A stretch of DNA of 64,000 nucleotides from assembly GCA_036172245.1 (NCBI GenBank), contig JAYWIR010000017.1, positions 434,001 through 498,000 of the forward strand, written 5' to 3'. Within the stretch, counting starts at the first letter, position 1; each line of letters begins with the position of its first letter. This DNA comes from Raillietiella orientalis (taxonomy: Eukaryota). The notes under the pieces are model-generated. The model saw only the letters and a list, made by a program, of their open reading frames with translations. It ran no database searches and was not told the DNA's origin. Positions 53,272 to 64,000 of this stretch are shown in pieces. The translations under genes and the position numbers were made by a program.

Positions 53272-53366
53272 AGCGGCGGGTGCTTTCGCTCTTCCGCCGC
53301 GGGACTGGGTGGCGGCGCTGATGCTGGTGCTGCTAGCGGCGTCGGACGGGTGGGCGGGCGAGAGGG

Positions 53367-53535
53367 CACTGAGAGGGAAGGAGCCACCGGCGCCGGCACT
53401 CCGTGCACGTCCGTCCCGGAAGGGCAACTGGCGGAACCGTCCCGCGCGCGCGCCGGTTTGGTGCTGCGGGCGGAGAGTGCAGGTTGGCCGTCAGCCATGC
53501 CAAGTCCCGCCTCCGCTCCCTCGCCCTCAGCCAAT
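53367..53535 (-). promoter_or_regulatory. Candidate FoxQ2 core/proximal promoter
   Basis: An initiator-like TCAGTG lies on the minus strand at 53372-53367, about 100 nt upstream of the ATG. A CAGCCAATG CCAAT box lies at 53528-53536. No TATA box seen. Confidence 0.35.
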
Positions 53536-53580
53536 GGAGGGAGCCGCTGCGACTGCATCGGCGGTGGCGACGGAGACGGT

Positions 53581-53620
53581 GGAGGAGGAGAAGGAGGAGG
53601 AGGAGGAGGGGGGAAGGGGA
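53581..53620 (+). repeat. (GGA)n purine-rich microsatellite upstream of FoxQ2
   Basis: GGAGGAGGAGAAGGAGGAGGAGGAGGAGGGGGGAAGGGGA. Confidence 0.8.
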
Positions 53621-54207
53621 AGCCATGAGCATCCGCTTCCGGGAACGGGGGGGCAGTGCGGATGCGTTCTCCAGCGCCTCTCCTTCTCCTCAGCCGTCGG
53701 GTGCGCTAGGAAACCCGCTCCGGCAACTTGAGCCCCCTCCCCTCGGTGCCCGGTCCAACAACCCCATGGAAGGCGGAGAGGAGCAAGCCTCGCCGCCCCC
53801 GGTATTCCCTCTCCGGAGCAGAGGACCGGGAGGATAAGCGATGCCCCTAGGGGCTCCTCGCGGGCACATGGAGCAGCACCCTCTTCGTCGGCACCGAAGC
53901 TCGCGCCGGAGGCTCTTTCCATTGAGGGATGCAGCTGCGCGGGGCCGGTAGCCACCACGGTGTGGTCAGCTGTGTCCCGATGACCGTCCTGATCCCGCGA
54001 TGCAGCTGGGAAGGAAAGCTGGATGCGCGGGGGGTTTAGGAAGGGGTCCGGAGCTGAGCCCCGGTCGCGCGGACTAGCCCATGCGGTTGCAGACTGAGGG
54101 GCCCCTCCCGAGGGGGGCAGCGGTTTCCCGGGAGGGGGCGAGAGAGTTCCACCCCACTCCCATCTGTGCTCCTTCCCTTCCCAGAGCTCCCGTAGCAGCG
54201 CGATGGG

Positions 54208-54299
54208 CGCGCGCGCTTCCCGACGTGATTGGAGACTCCGGAAGCGGGCCGACGCTGCTACTGCCGCAGCCAATGGGAAGGCGATCGCGCGCGCTTCCC
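54208..54299. promoter_or_regulatory. Candidate regulatory module: opposed CCAAT boxes and ETS-like site between 14-bp direct repeats
   Basis: CGCGCGCGCTTCCC at 54208-54221 and 54286-54299; ATTGG 54228-54232; CCGGAAG 54238-54244; CCAAT 54270-54274. Confidence 0.45.
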
Positions 54300-55681
54300 C
54301 TCCGACAGCGCCTGGGCGGGAGCTCAGGCATCCCTGCGTCTCCTCTCCTCTCTCCTGGAGAGCCAGAGTAGCGAGAACCTCCTCCGTCTCGGTTTCCAAG
54401 CAACGGGGCTGTCCCATCGAGAGCGCGCGGCAGTACCCGCAGACGGCCAGAGCGCAGTCTCCAAGAGGGAGCGGATGGATCGATGGGGCCCAGAGCTCGC
54501 GCCCCTGCAAGGACGGGGCGAGACCCCCCTCTCCCTTCCTCCCGCCAAGGCCGGCAGCCCCCCAGCCCACGTCACCCGCCACCCCCACCGCATCTGCTTC
54601 GGTCGCGAGCCGCGCGGTAACCCGGCGGTGGGCGTGTCAGCTGCGCCGGGAGCTCTTCGGAGCATCGCGCGCGGGACCTTTCTCCACAGCTGGGAGGAGC
54701 GAACGGACGACGGGATCTCCAGAATTCCCTGTTTTCCGGCGGGCAGGTTCCTCTTGAAGCTGTGAGGAGAGGAAGGGTTTCTCTTGAGCCCCCGTCCAGT
54801 AGGTCTTGCGAACAGAGTGGAATGAGCACCCCTAGGGGGAGGAAAGACCAAACCTCTCTTGGAAGAGGCAAGATTCGATGACCTCTGGCAACATTGACGG
54901 CGGCCAGGAACTTAGCTCGCCGACAAAGATGGAGGTGCAAGGATGAAAGGAAAGAAAGGGCGGTCCAAGAGCCCTTACCCATGGACCGCCTTTCCTCTCC
55001 CTTCTCATCCCATTCCACACTCTCCCACCCACCCCCTGCTCATGGGGCTGCGTGCTCAGCTTCAATCAGGATTCAAGGAGACCCTCTCCGTCAAGCACTG
55101 ACCTCTCTGCTGTCCTTTCGGTGGCAGCAGCCACATCTCTCTTCGTGTGCCCTCCGCAAGGAACCAACCATGAGAGACGGAGCCTCGCGGGGGCGGTCAC
55201 CAGCCTGCAGCCGCTGCCGCTCTGTGAGGCAGGCAACTGGAAGGGAAAAGCGGCCTGCCCCCGCCAGCCAAGGGAAAAGGCCGTGTCTTTGTTTGTTGGC
55301 AAGTGGGAAAGGACCTCGAGGAATCCTCCCCCGCTTCGGGACTTCGGGAAGTTCCAAAGGCCACGACCTCCGAGTGGCGTCGTCGTCGCAATCGTGAGAC
55401 TTCCTTTACTTCCTCCTCCCCACACCGGAAGACGGGTTTCCTTCTTTGTGGATCCCCGAACGCAGAGGAGAGAAGTCTTCCCTCCTCGACCCATGGCAGA
55501 CGTCTGCTCCGGAGCCGCTCCTGCTTCTGGAACCGACTTGGGCGGGCCGAGAACTGGACCTCCGCGGATGCCCGAGCGAGGCGGCGCCCAGCACCCAGGC
55601 GCGTGGTGTTCCGTGCGAGCCTCGAGCGGGGACAACAACGCGAGATGTGAGTTCAGCAGCAACGCATGCGGTGCTGAGTTC

Positions 55682-55801
55682 AACAATGCGTTAGGCATAA
55701 GAGCCACGAGGTACACGGGCAACAATGAGCGTCCAAGTTTCGAGCAGGCGCTAAACAATGCAGCTCCCTGGGGAACGGTCGTCATGGGAAACGCGATTGT
55801 T
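55682..55801. promoter_or_regulatory. Homotypic cluster of Sox/HMG-type AACAAT sites, candidate FoxQ2 enhancer
   Basis: AACAAT at 55682, 55721 and 55754 (each followed by G) and ATTGTT at 55796, within 120 bp of otherwise GC-rich DNA. A forkhead-like TAAACA overlaps at 55752. Confidence 0.55.
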
Positions 55802-58800
55802 GCACGAGGTCTGATGCTCGGAAGGGTTCTCTCCATGGAACGGACGTTCGCGCCGTCGTCCCTCCCGCGTGCACTAGGCAGAGCAGCTAGGAACCAAATG
55901 GGCGCGACGAAGTGACCTTCCAAGCCCCTGTTCTCCCACGGGGGCTTTTTGCTGCTGCCTGCAGAAGAGAGAAGCGGATGGGAGGGGGCAGGGGAAGACT
56001 CACGGAAGTTTCCGGATGTCCAAGCATCTGGGGAGGGAGCTTTCCCTATGGAATGAGCACCTCCCTAAGAGATGGGCACTTGCGCGTAGGGTGGCCTGGG
56101 AATGAACGAGGAAAAGGCTTTCCAGGGCCTTTTCCTCGTTCACAATGGCACTTGCTCTTCCTGAGGTGCATCTGGGCTGCACCCGAGGATTCTCCGAAGC
56201 ACAACCGGAGGACCGCAATCCCTCGGGCTGGTATGCATTTCATCCTCGTTTTTGCTGAGACCCAGGAGGTCTCCTTCGTAGCTTCCTGTAGCTTAAACTG
56301 CAGTTTCTCCTCCCTTGGATCTTTTTCCTTCACTGAGGCGGGCATTGAACTCGCAGGGGTCCAGACGGGACCCCGAGGAGAAGGAAAGTGCCCTCGCTGC
56401 GCACATCCTTACTCCCGCGCGCGGAAGGTCTCCCGAAAGAAAGGTTGTTTGGAAAATGGAGGATGGGGAAGAGGGGAGCCCGGCAGCTAGCGCTCCTCCT
56501 CCCGCGCCAGTGGCACCCTCAGTCCGGAGTCGGAGACCGCCCGCATCCCACCTCCACCGCCGATACGGACGCGCATCTCCGCCCCCGCAACGCCTGGCGG
56601 GGGTGGACATGCTGCGGTGAGGTGCCTTCCCTCCCTTGCGTGAGGGTTGAGGAGGCTGCATCTGGTTTGCTAACCGCCTCCAGGTCCAGCAAGGCGGAGA
56701 AAGAGAGAGAAGGGGTGATCCCTCTCCTCCCGCCGCCAGGCGTAGTGGCGCTCCCTGCCGCGGCGTTCCCGTCCTGGCGCCCTTGTCCTCGACTCGCACC
56801 CCGGAGCACTCGGAGCCGCGGGGCACCGCGTCCACCGACCGCGGGCCGACCACGCGACAGGAATGGGAAGGTGAGGAGGGAGATTAGGGGAGGGGGCATG
56901 AGACCTTTGATCCTTATTTTTTCTGCTTCATCCCGAAACCGCCAACTCTCCGGTCAGACCGACAGGCTGGCCCCCACCTCGCTCGTTTCTCGAGCCAGTT
57001 TTTGGGACCGCGCCGGGCTCCAATTCTCGCGCTTTCTGGCACCATTTTCCCATCGACTGACCCCCTGGGCAACCATCGGCAGCAATCTCCTAGGTCGTGT
57101 GCGCGTGTGCAGGGAATGAAGACGGAAGGGAGCCTTCCGTCGTCGCCCGAGAGGATTCTGGACACGCTTCCCGCTGCGGCTGGGGGATGCACATGCCTCC
57201 CTGGGAAACTCAGGCAAGAGGGGGGCTCCTAGGAGGATAAGAACGAAGAGTGTTTCGCTGACCCCTTCTCCTTCGTTGCCCTCAATCCCCCCTCTGCTCG
57301 TCGCCATGCCGACTGCATCAGCCCCCTCCCCATCCCGGGTGCAGTGGCGGCCGCACTCGTGCACCCGGGATCAGTCCCGCCCGCCCCCTCCGCTCGTCTC
57401 CTGGAAACCCGACCCTCTCTTCGGGCTGGAATCCTCCGGGACCCTCCCGCCGGGAGAAGGGGAGCGAGTTGCTAGAGCGAGCGCGTCCCCCGATCCCGGA
57501 ATCCGATCACATCCCTCGTCCTGAGCGCTCGGGAGCTCCGCGGCGGGAATTACCATAACGAAATTCGGGACTCGGCACGCTGCCTACGGGGTGAAGAGGG
57601 GCGAGGAGCTCAGGGAGACGAGGGGAGGCAAAGGGGAATCCCTCGATGAAGGCTCCAGGGGTTGCAGGTCCATGTGGGCGACGGGAGGAGAGGGGTCTCT
57701 CCTGGGGGGACACGCCGTCCACCCTTCCTCCCAGAGCGTACTGGCTACACGGACCGGACGCGCACGACCGTTTCTACGGCGACGGAGGGGTTTCATAGCA
57801 GGACTCACGCCCTGCCCATTCGCATCCGGGGAGCTCTCGCTTCCCCTAGCCGGGAGTCAAAGATGCCACCTGATGACTCCTCCCAGGAAGCTCCGCTCCT
57901 GCTGCTGCTCCTCCCGGGAGTCCAGGATGCTACCGTCGACGGAAATCCTCCCCGGCGGGAAGAGGGGAGCAACGCTTCCTCTCTCCAGGGGGTTCTGCCC
58001 TCCTGCCACCATCCCGGAGAGATGCGCTTTCTTCCACGCACAGGAGGTGGTTACCGGAAGAGTCCCCATCCTCTTCCCCCCACGGGGAAAAAAGCCGATC
58101 CTCTGGTGGAGTGCGCAGCGGAGGGATCTCTCCCTATGGCGCGAATCGGAGCGAGAGCCATCCCTCTCCCTCTCGAGGACGTGCGGAGATCCTACATTTA
58201 TCCCCCATCCCCTCTCCTTCCCGTTCCCGCGCATTCCTCCCGCCTCCCTGCTCTCGGGGCCGCCTCTTCCTCCGGCTGCATAGACTGACGGGCAACTTTC
58301 CAGCCGTACGGTGAGGTCCCAGCAGGCGCGAAGGATCCGTGGCTGGCTCCGAGCGCAAGCGGACGCCAACGGACCTGCGGTAAAGAGCGCGGCAGGAGCG
58401 ACCGCGCCCGGCCGGAAGGGCCCGCGTGCGGCGGAGGGCGCCGGGAGGGCGGATCGTTGTGACGAGGAATCGGGAAAACGCTCAATCGACGGGAGCAGGA
58501 GCGCTTTCCGGGAAGAGGGAGGGAGGGAAGGCATCGCGGGACACGTCGCTGGGAAACCGAACGCCCTGCTCCTGGAATTCCCTGAAGACGGCATCGAAAC
58601 GACGACCACCTTTCCCTTCTCTCTCTCTTCTCGAGGGAGGAGGAGACGGCCGATAGCGCTATTGGACTGTTCACCCGGAATCTGCGCGACCCTCCGTCGT
58701 ATCCAGTCGGCCCGAAGGGTCAGTCGCTCCGGACTCGATCTCGAGCGGGAGCATCCTTCTCATGATCAGGAACCCGAGGCGAAGAGGTCTGCTGCTGGGG

Positions 58801-59632
58801 TCCATCCGCGAGCTCCTGCCTCAAGTCCGAGGAGGGACAGCGGTGCCGACCTGTAGGGAAACCGGGAGTCTGGGCGTGGTAGGAGCGGCTACCGGAAACC
58901 GCGAGAATGCTGCAAGAGCGGCAAGCAGAGAGGAATGGGGAGGCGCTTCGCTCCTGCCTGACTCCCGGACGGAAAGGTCGGAACCTGCCAGAGACTGCGA
59001 GGCTCGAGCCCAGAAGCGAGCTCGAACAAAGGAGAGGAGGGAAACCGGGAAGACGGGGGCGAGTGAAAGCATCCGGGTGACATCTGTTCAGAGGAACCAT
59101 CATCTTCCTTCTTGGGGGAAAATGGATGCAGCTCTCCGGCTTCCCGGCAACGCGTTGGGACAGGAGTGACTTTCTTTACGGCAGAAAAGAGTTTCTTAAA
59201 ATGTTACTACTGGCAGGGACTTGCTGTGCCTCGGATGCTTAGTAGCATCCTTGCGAGACCCCGTGCTCTTGTTGACCCTCACGTCCGCGACTACATGAAA
59301 AGAGGCTATTCTGCGGCACTCACGCAAACAGCATGAGTACCTTATCTCAATTCTCCGCTCCTGCTACTTCAGTCGCTTACGCCCACTTCCTCCCCAAGAG
59401 ATTTCTTTCTTCCATGAAATGAATCCGTAGGGATGCACGACAAGTTTCCAAGGGTCCTCTCTGAGAGTGGAGGACCGGTGAGCTTCGTCTCCCCCTGGTC
59501 TGATGCTCTCTTCATTGCAAACCGGTCAGCAGAGCTGTTGCCAGCGTTCCACTGACCACGACATCAGCAGGAAGAGTGCTGATTTCACGTCCTGATGATT
59601 ATCAGCAAATTCAAGAGCCAAGGGTCATGTCC

Positions 59633-61500
59633 GTTGATGCCAAGTACTCAAGAATGTTCGCCTAGGGGCTCTCGAAGCTCTTTGGTGCTGTCCACGCCGC
59701 CCGGAGTGCACGTCACTCTTGAATTTAGGTTTATCACCCGGTCACTCTGGGATATTTATTATAAAAACTAAACATACTTGTGTAGGGCCATCGGTCCTAC
59801 ATGGTCCGAAAATGCTCGGAACCTGCCGAGTAGCCAGCACGCAGGTCGGCGAGGTTCGCCTAGGCAGTGGGAGGGAGGCAGGGAGCAAACACAAATAAAA
59901 ATAAAACAAAAGATACATAAAAAAATTGGGAGGGTTAAGGAGAGAATTACCAGGAGCTGGAGAGCGTTCTCTACATTTTTTTTAGGATGCCAGCAAGTTC
60001 CATCCGAGTATGCCCTAAGTGGGGCCATCTTACTGCCGTCCGCGGGAGGCTCAGGGCAAAGCAGATGGCGTCCCTATCGCTCCATCCTCCTCTCACGTAG
60101 ATCCAGGCCGCCACAATTCCAAGTAGGCAGCAAAGGGCTGTTAGAGATGCACCAGGCAAAAGGGCATCGCACACGAAGAGACGCTCCATCATGTCCCTGG
60201 GATTGTCCGTCGGTGCACCAAGGGTCGTTGAGTAACGCAACCACAGGGGCCAAGCAACAATCTACAAGCAGTTGGGGGAAAGATTCCTGTTCCCCGCACC
60301 TGCTACAGTGGAAACGGGTCCACAACTTCCCGGGTCCACAACTTCCCAGGTCCGCTGGAAGTGGAGGGCGTTGCACGGGAGACCCCAGTGCAACAGCAGA
60401 AGTGCCGACTCTTGCCACTTCAGGGGGAGAGTCGGTTGTTCTTCAGCTCTAGGGGCCACTCGAGGTCTTCCTGTAAAATTCCCAGAAACTCACCCCAGCA
60501 CAATAGTCCCTTCAATAGGGCACTTATGATCGCAGCATTCGTGAGCTGGCCCGTGGTCCAACTACCTAGATCCCTCGTCTTCTAAATGATTTCGCATCGG
60601 ACCTCCCATTTGTCCAGCTGGTTACTGCCCAGATGCTCCCTGAAGGAGGACAGCGCCGCGGCTGGGAAGGTTCTTTGTGTTCTTTGTGTTACTACACTTT
60701 GCTCTTGCGCTGTTGTGTCAGGAACGAAGACAGTCCAGCATAGACGGTGGCTAGCTGGACCAGGTATCATACGCGTTCGCACCAGTTTGTGCTCCAAAAC
60801 TTCGCCACTAGGGCAAGCGTCTCCACTAGAGCTGCTGCTCCAGGTGCTCCAGTGTCAGAAGGCCGAGACCCCCGTCACGACGCGGAGCACAACTCTTTAA
60901 CTTAGGGGGCAACCCCGGAAGTACCACCCTATGAATCCAGGAAGGACTCCGAAGGAAGAAGTCCGTTCCTCTCACCGTTTGAGAGGGAACCCTCGACCTG
61001 GTTGTCTCCGAAGGAAACGCCGAAGGAGATCTCTTTCTCATTCTCTCCGGTGAGAGCCCGGAAAGGATCCGCTCCCTGTTTCCTCCTCTGAAGAGAATCC
61101 TGAACGGACGCCTCCAAATTTTTTTGAAGGGCACTCCCCGAAGGAAGCAGCACGCTCCTCGACTTTTGGAGAGGTGTCAACTAGCTCTATGGTACGCGAT
61201 GGAAGGTCGCCCCGAGGAAGGCGGACGGCTCCCTTTTTGCAACCAGAGGGGGACCTCGAAGGGAGCCGGCACTTTGGTTCCTGAAAGGACCATGAAGGGT
61301 CAACTTCCGATCCCAGACAGTCAATATGGATACCCGGTTTACGGCTTCCACCAGAAGTCAACAAGCCAATCAGTGTCATCCTGCGGGGGGGTCTCGAAAT
61401 CCATAATGCACCCATTTCTCGGCGTCGATGCTTCCCTGGGAAGGATTCGCAACAGTTGGTACCACGTGCGAAGAATGCAGTTGCACGGCCGCCAGCATGG
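59633..61500 (-). mobile_element. Family A SINE-like element, copy 4 (diverged, split by a LINE insertion)
   Basis: 59641-59729 matches the family 3' end (GTTCGCCTAGGGGCTCTCGAAGCTCTTTGGTGCTGTCCAC versus 14240-14279). 60892-61490 matches the body and head (ACCACCCTATGAATCCAGGAAGG, GCACCCATTT, TTGGTACC). The B-box is partly deleted. Confidence 0.7.
59730..60891 (-). mobile_element. 5'-truncated, decayed L1/Tx1-like LINE 3' end nested in SINE copy 4
   Basis: The minus strand gives CAPRRDGGLGL (RT C-terminal GGLG motif), LPLKWQESALLLLHWGLP and CSRCGEQESFPQLLVDC (decayed zf-RVT), then a 3' UTR with AATAAA at 59760-59755. Flanked by ACTCTTGAATTTAGG (59715-59729) and ACTCTTTAACTTAGG (60892-60906), matching 13/15. 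Confidence 0.75.
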
Positions 61501-62024
61501 ACGCAGGTGTTACTTATCATCCGCTGTGCTCCGGTAAGTGCCGGCTGACACCTTGGACCTTCAGAAGTCATTCATCTGTCTATCCGAGTTCTCTAGACGG
61601 CGTCAAAAGCCACTCCGGGCACATCGTCGTCTGACCTAACACGGAGGATGCTGAAAAGATAGTTCCGAATCGACTTTCACAAACAGAGGACACGCTTCTC
61701 TCTTTCCTGGACAACTAATGCGCATGTGCCACCGACTGTGTACGGTTGCGCATGCTCACCAATAGGAGGATAGCTCACCAATGCTCACCAATTGTTGGAG
61801 GATGCTGTGAAATGCTCCAGTGCAAAGTCTTGTGGCATCAATACCCTCAATTGCTTCCACAACTCAAGATCCACCAGTACGGAGCTTCTGAAGAATCGTC
61901 CATCGGAAATCTCCCCTAAGGGCGTGTGGAAATTACGTCAACGAGGAGCAGAATAGAGCTGCCACAGGAAAATCAGAACGAAAGAACGAAAGGGAGCGAA
62001 ATCGGGGTAAACCAAGTAGGGAGA

Positions 62025-62055
62025 GCTCGTGCCTCCGCACTGGCTCGTCACTAGT
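62025..62055 (+). mobile_element. Possible Helitron 3' terminus
   Basis: A GC-rich imperfect hairpin GCTCGTGC-CTCC-GCACTGGC is followed by 6 nt and then CTAG|T. No Rep/helicase sequence or 5' TC end was identified. Confidence 0.3.
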
Positions 62056-62479
62056 CATGCTGATCGCACGAGTGTGTGGGTGGTGCTGCTGTTATTATGG
62101 GGTGCACATTTAAGAGCTCCCTTCAAGAGTGCTCTCGCAATTCCTGTTGGACAAGATCTCGTTCGAAACATTTCTGCAGTCTGACTTCATTCCATGAAGC
62201 TCTGAGCGCCCCCAAAAGCATCTTTGTCTTCTCCCGAGTCACATGGCATATCGACCCCTGTAGGAAAGTTTCCCCCTCACGTCGCGCGTGGGATATGAAA
62301 GGAAAATCCCGGATTGCAAGGGCGAGCAACGCCTCTACGCGCTGGGATTTAAACGCCTAGCAATCTGCTGATACTCGTGTCCAGCTCCTCGAGATCTCTT
62401 CTATACAGATATAGCCCACTTGTGTGCTGCTCGCAGAAGTCTTATCCATCCCTACATTTCGCTTTCGGAACTCTGTGAA

Positions 62480-63250
62480 GTTCTCTGGACACCGCTATGG
62501 CATGGATGAAGCAGACAAACATAACTGTTGCTGCTTTAGAATGACCCTGCGAAAAGCAGCAGGTCTTCGGGGCTAAGGTTCGGAAAGGGACAGGCTATGT
62601 GCCGCTTGTCTCCCATCGCCTTGCAGGAAGCGGCATTGTGGTGTAGTGTGGGACGGTCCTCGTCGCGGTCTTTGCAGACGGAGTTCACTCTTCCCTGTAG
62701 CACATGACGCAAAAGATCGTTTCTGCCCAGGGTCCAATCAGTGCCAACAGATGCTGCACTTTCATGAGGGTCAGAGAGGGTTTCTGGGAAATGCGTAGAG
62801 CTTCAACCGTAGTTCCAGGTACTCTCAAGAAGATCGTCCAGCATTGCAAACCCATGGATCCGTAGGTTCTCTGCAGAGCTGCTGCCACGTGACTCGGCTC
62901 ACAGCGTCTCAGGGGCAGTTTCTTCTCTGAAGTGTTCCATGTTATTGTCAACTTAGGAAGGCTGTAGGAAATTCCGTTCTGTAGTTGTTGAAGAATGTTG
63001 ACGGGGTGCGTGCCTGTCAGTGTTAAGAGGACTTTCGAGGATTCTTTCTCCTTTGCCTAACGTATGGTTCCTGAATTTGGTTGCGGGATTTGATCGTCTT
63101 CGCTATGTTGTTGAAGCCAAAACTTCCCGTTGATGATTGCCAAGCCTTGCAGTTTTCGGGGTGTCAGCTGATCTCTGGATGTCGGTTGAGCAACTCGGCC
63201 ATTTCTTTGAGAGGGGATTTTAGTCTCCCTCCATTGCTGGATACGCCTTC
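62480..63250 (-). mobile_element. Decayed RTE-clade LINE (RT C-terminal half)
   Basis: Across frameshifts the minus strand gives ETKI..KEMAELL, KLQGL...KFWL, TYGSMGLQCWT and GDGRQ...LSEP. These follow the RTE order TK....ELL.ADD, LQ.L....FGL, LLYG.E.WT and RM.D.R...L.SEL. Confidence 0.5.
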
Positions 63251-64000
63251 TTCCCCTGTGCACTAAGCTTCATGCGCGTGTTTCATAAATATACATGTCT
63301 TCAGGGGTATGAGCAGTGTGCAGAGTACACAAGAATGGGTACCTAGGGATGCCTATACACATGAGCACGTACATACTCGTATGTGTGTATATACAGTACA
63401 CTCATTTTTCAAAGGATCACTAATGTGAAAGGTCTCTCCCAAACGAGATGACCACAAATTGTTGCCGGATTCCTAAATTTAACATCCGCGAAGAGAAGGC
63501 AAAAGAAAATCTTTTAAACTCTCACGATCCATCTCGCTGATTCCCATCATATCTTCTTGATCTTCCGGTTAAGATCAAAGTGCCACGTGAGCGCAAATGG
63601 CACTTCCGGATTGCTCATGCAGGAGATGTGTACTATGGAGTGAGACTCTTCCTCACATACTGAGTCATCACATGAGGCCACCTTCTCAGTACACTGCCAG
63701 GCACTATAGAATAGTTGGAAGATTGCTCTACGCTGTCACCATCACTGGGCACGACGGAAGGTAAACCTCAGCAAACCAATGCATCTCCGGAACGGTTTTT
63801 AATCACCGTCTGGACCTGATAATCCAGGAGAGACAACTTCCTGGTAACACTGGAAGCTGCCCGTTTGAAAACGGGGAGGCAGCCTTCAGCACAACTAGAC
63901 AGCAGGAGAAACTTAAATATGAGGATATCGCCTAACAACAAAAAACAGTTGAACAGGAAAGGAATGCAAATCAAGGACCAAGCCTTTCTAGCGGACTCAC

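Larger units (their letters stand above)
49400..59170. other. GC/CpG-rich island around FoxQ2
   Basis: There is a visibly abrupt shift to GC- and CpG-rich sequence with many overlapping stop-poor ORFs. No recognisable transposon relic lies inside. Boundaries estimated by eye. Confidence 0.7.

Noticed and set aside
52216..53628. 470-aa antisense ORF and 370-aa shifted-frame ORF (52157-53269) overlapping FoxQ2
   Set aside because: These are expected shadows of very GC-rich codon usage. They have non-ATG starts and no recognisable domain.
53527..59169. Long ORFs upstream of FoxQ2 (e.g. 53527-54588, 55052-55915, 55066-55923, 57857-58609)
   Set aside because: Same GC artefact; no domains and no consistent coding strand.
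12670..61800. Small tandem duplications (12678-12707, 24543-24571, 34083-34112, 60318-60353, 61753-61803)
   Set aside because: Ordinary slippage or repair duplications with no higher-order pattern.
1..64000. Hammerhead ribozyme cores (CTGATGA...GAAA), CRISPR arrays, rRNA, prokaryotic operons
   Set aside because: The CTGATGA occurrences I inspected lack a stem II plus GAAA. No regularly spaced repeat-spacer array or rRNA-like sequence was seen.

Overview
Eukaryotic, most likely arthropod, genomic DNA (inferred from the FoxQ2 and moesin-like sequences; the species cannot be determined). The only intact gene I can support is a single-exon FoxQ2/fd102C forkhead transcription factor (52150-53271, minus). 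It sits in a sharply bounded GC/CpG-rich island of about 10 kb (roughly 49.4-59.2 kb) that carries CCAAT/ETS-like promoter motifs and a tight cluster of Sox-type AACAAT sites. The rest is gene-poor and full of transposon debris. This includes four copies of a long (about 770-850 bp) tRNA-headed, A-tailed SINE-like family and two 5'-truncated L1/Tx1-like LINE 3' ends with target-site duplications (TSDs) that finish in AATAAA plus a stem-loop rather than poly(A); one of them is nested in a SINE copy. There is also a decayed piggyBac transposase, RTE-, CR1/L2- and mariner-like relics, several foldback/MITE-like inverted repeats, and an isolated 241-bp moesin (ERM) coding fragment flanked by a 6-bp direct repeat. 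I found no CRISPR array, rRNA, functional tRNA or prokaryote-style system, and I cannot claim a new biological system. The best leads are the SINE family and its mosaic copies, the tail-less LINE ends, the moesin insertion and the FoxQ2 regulatory island. All alignments were done by eye and no database searches were run.
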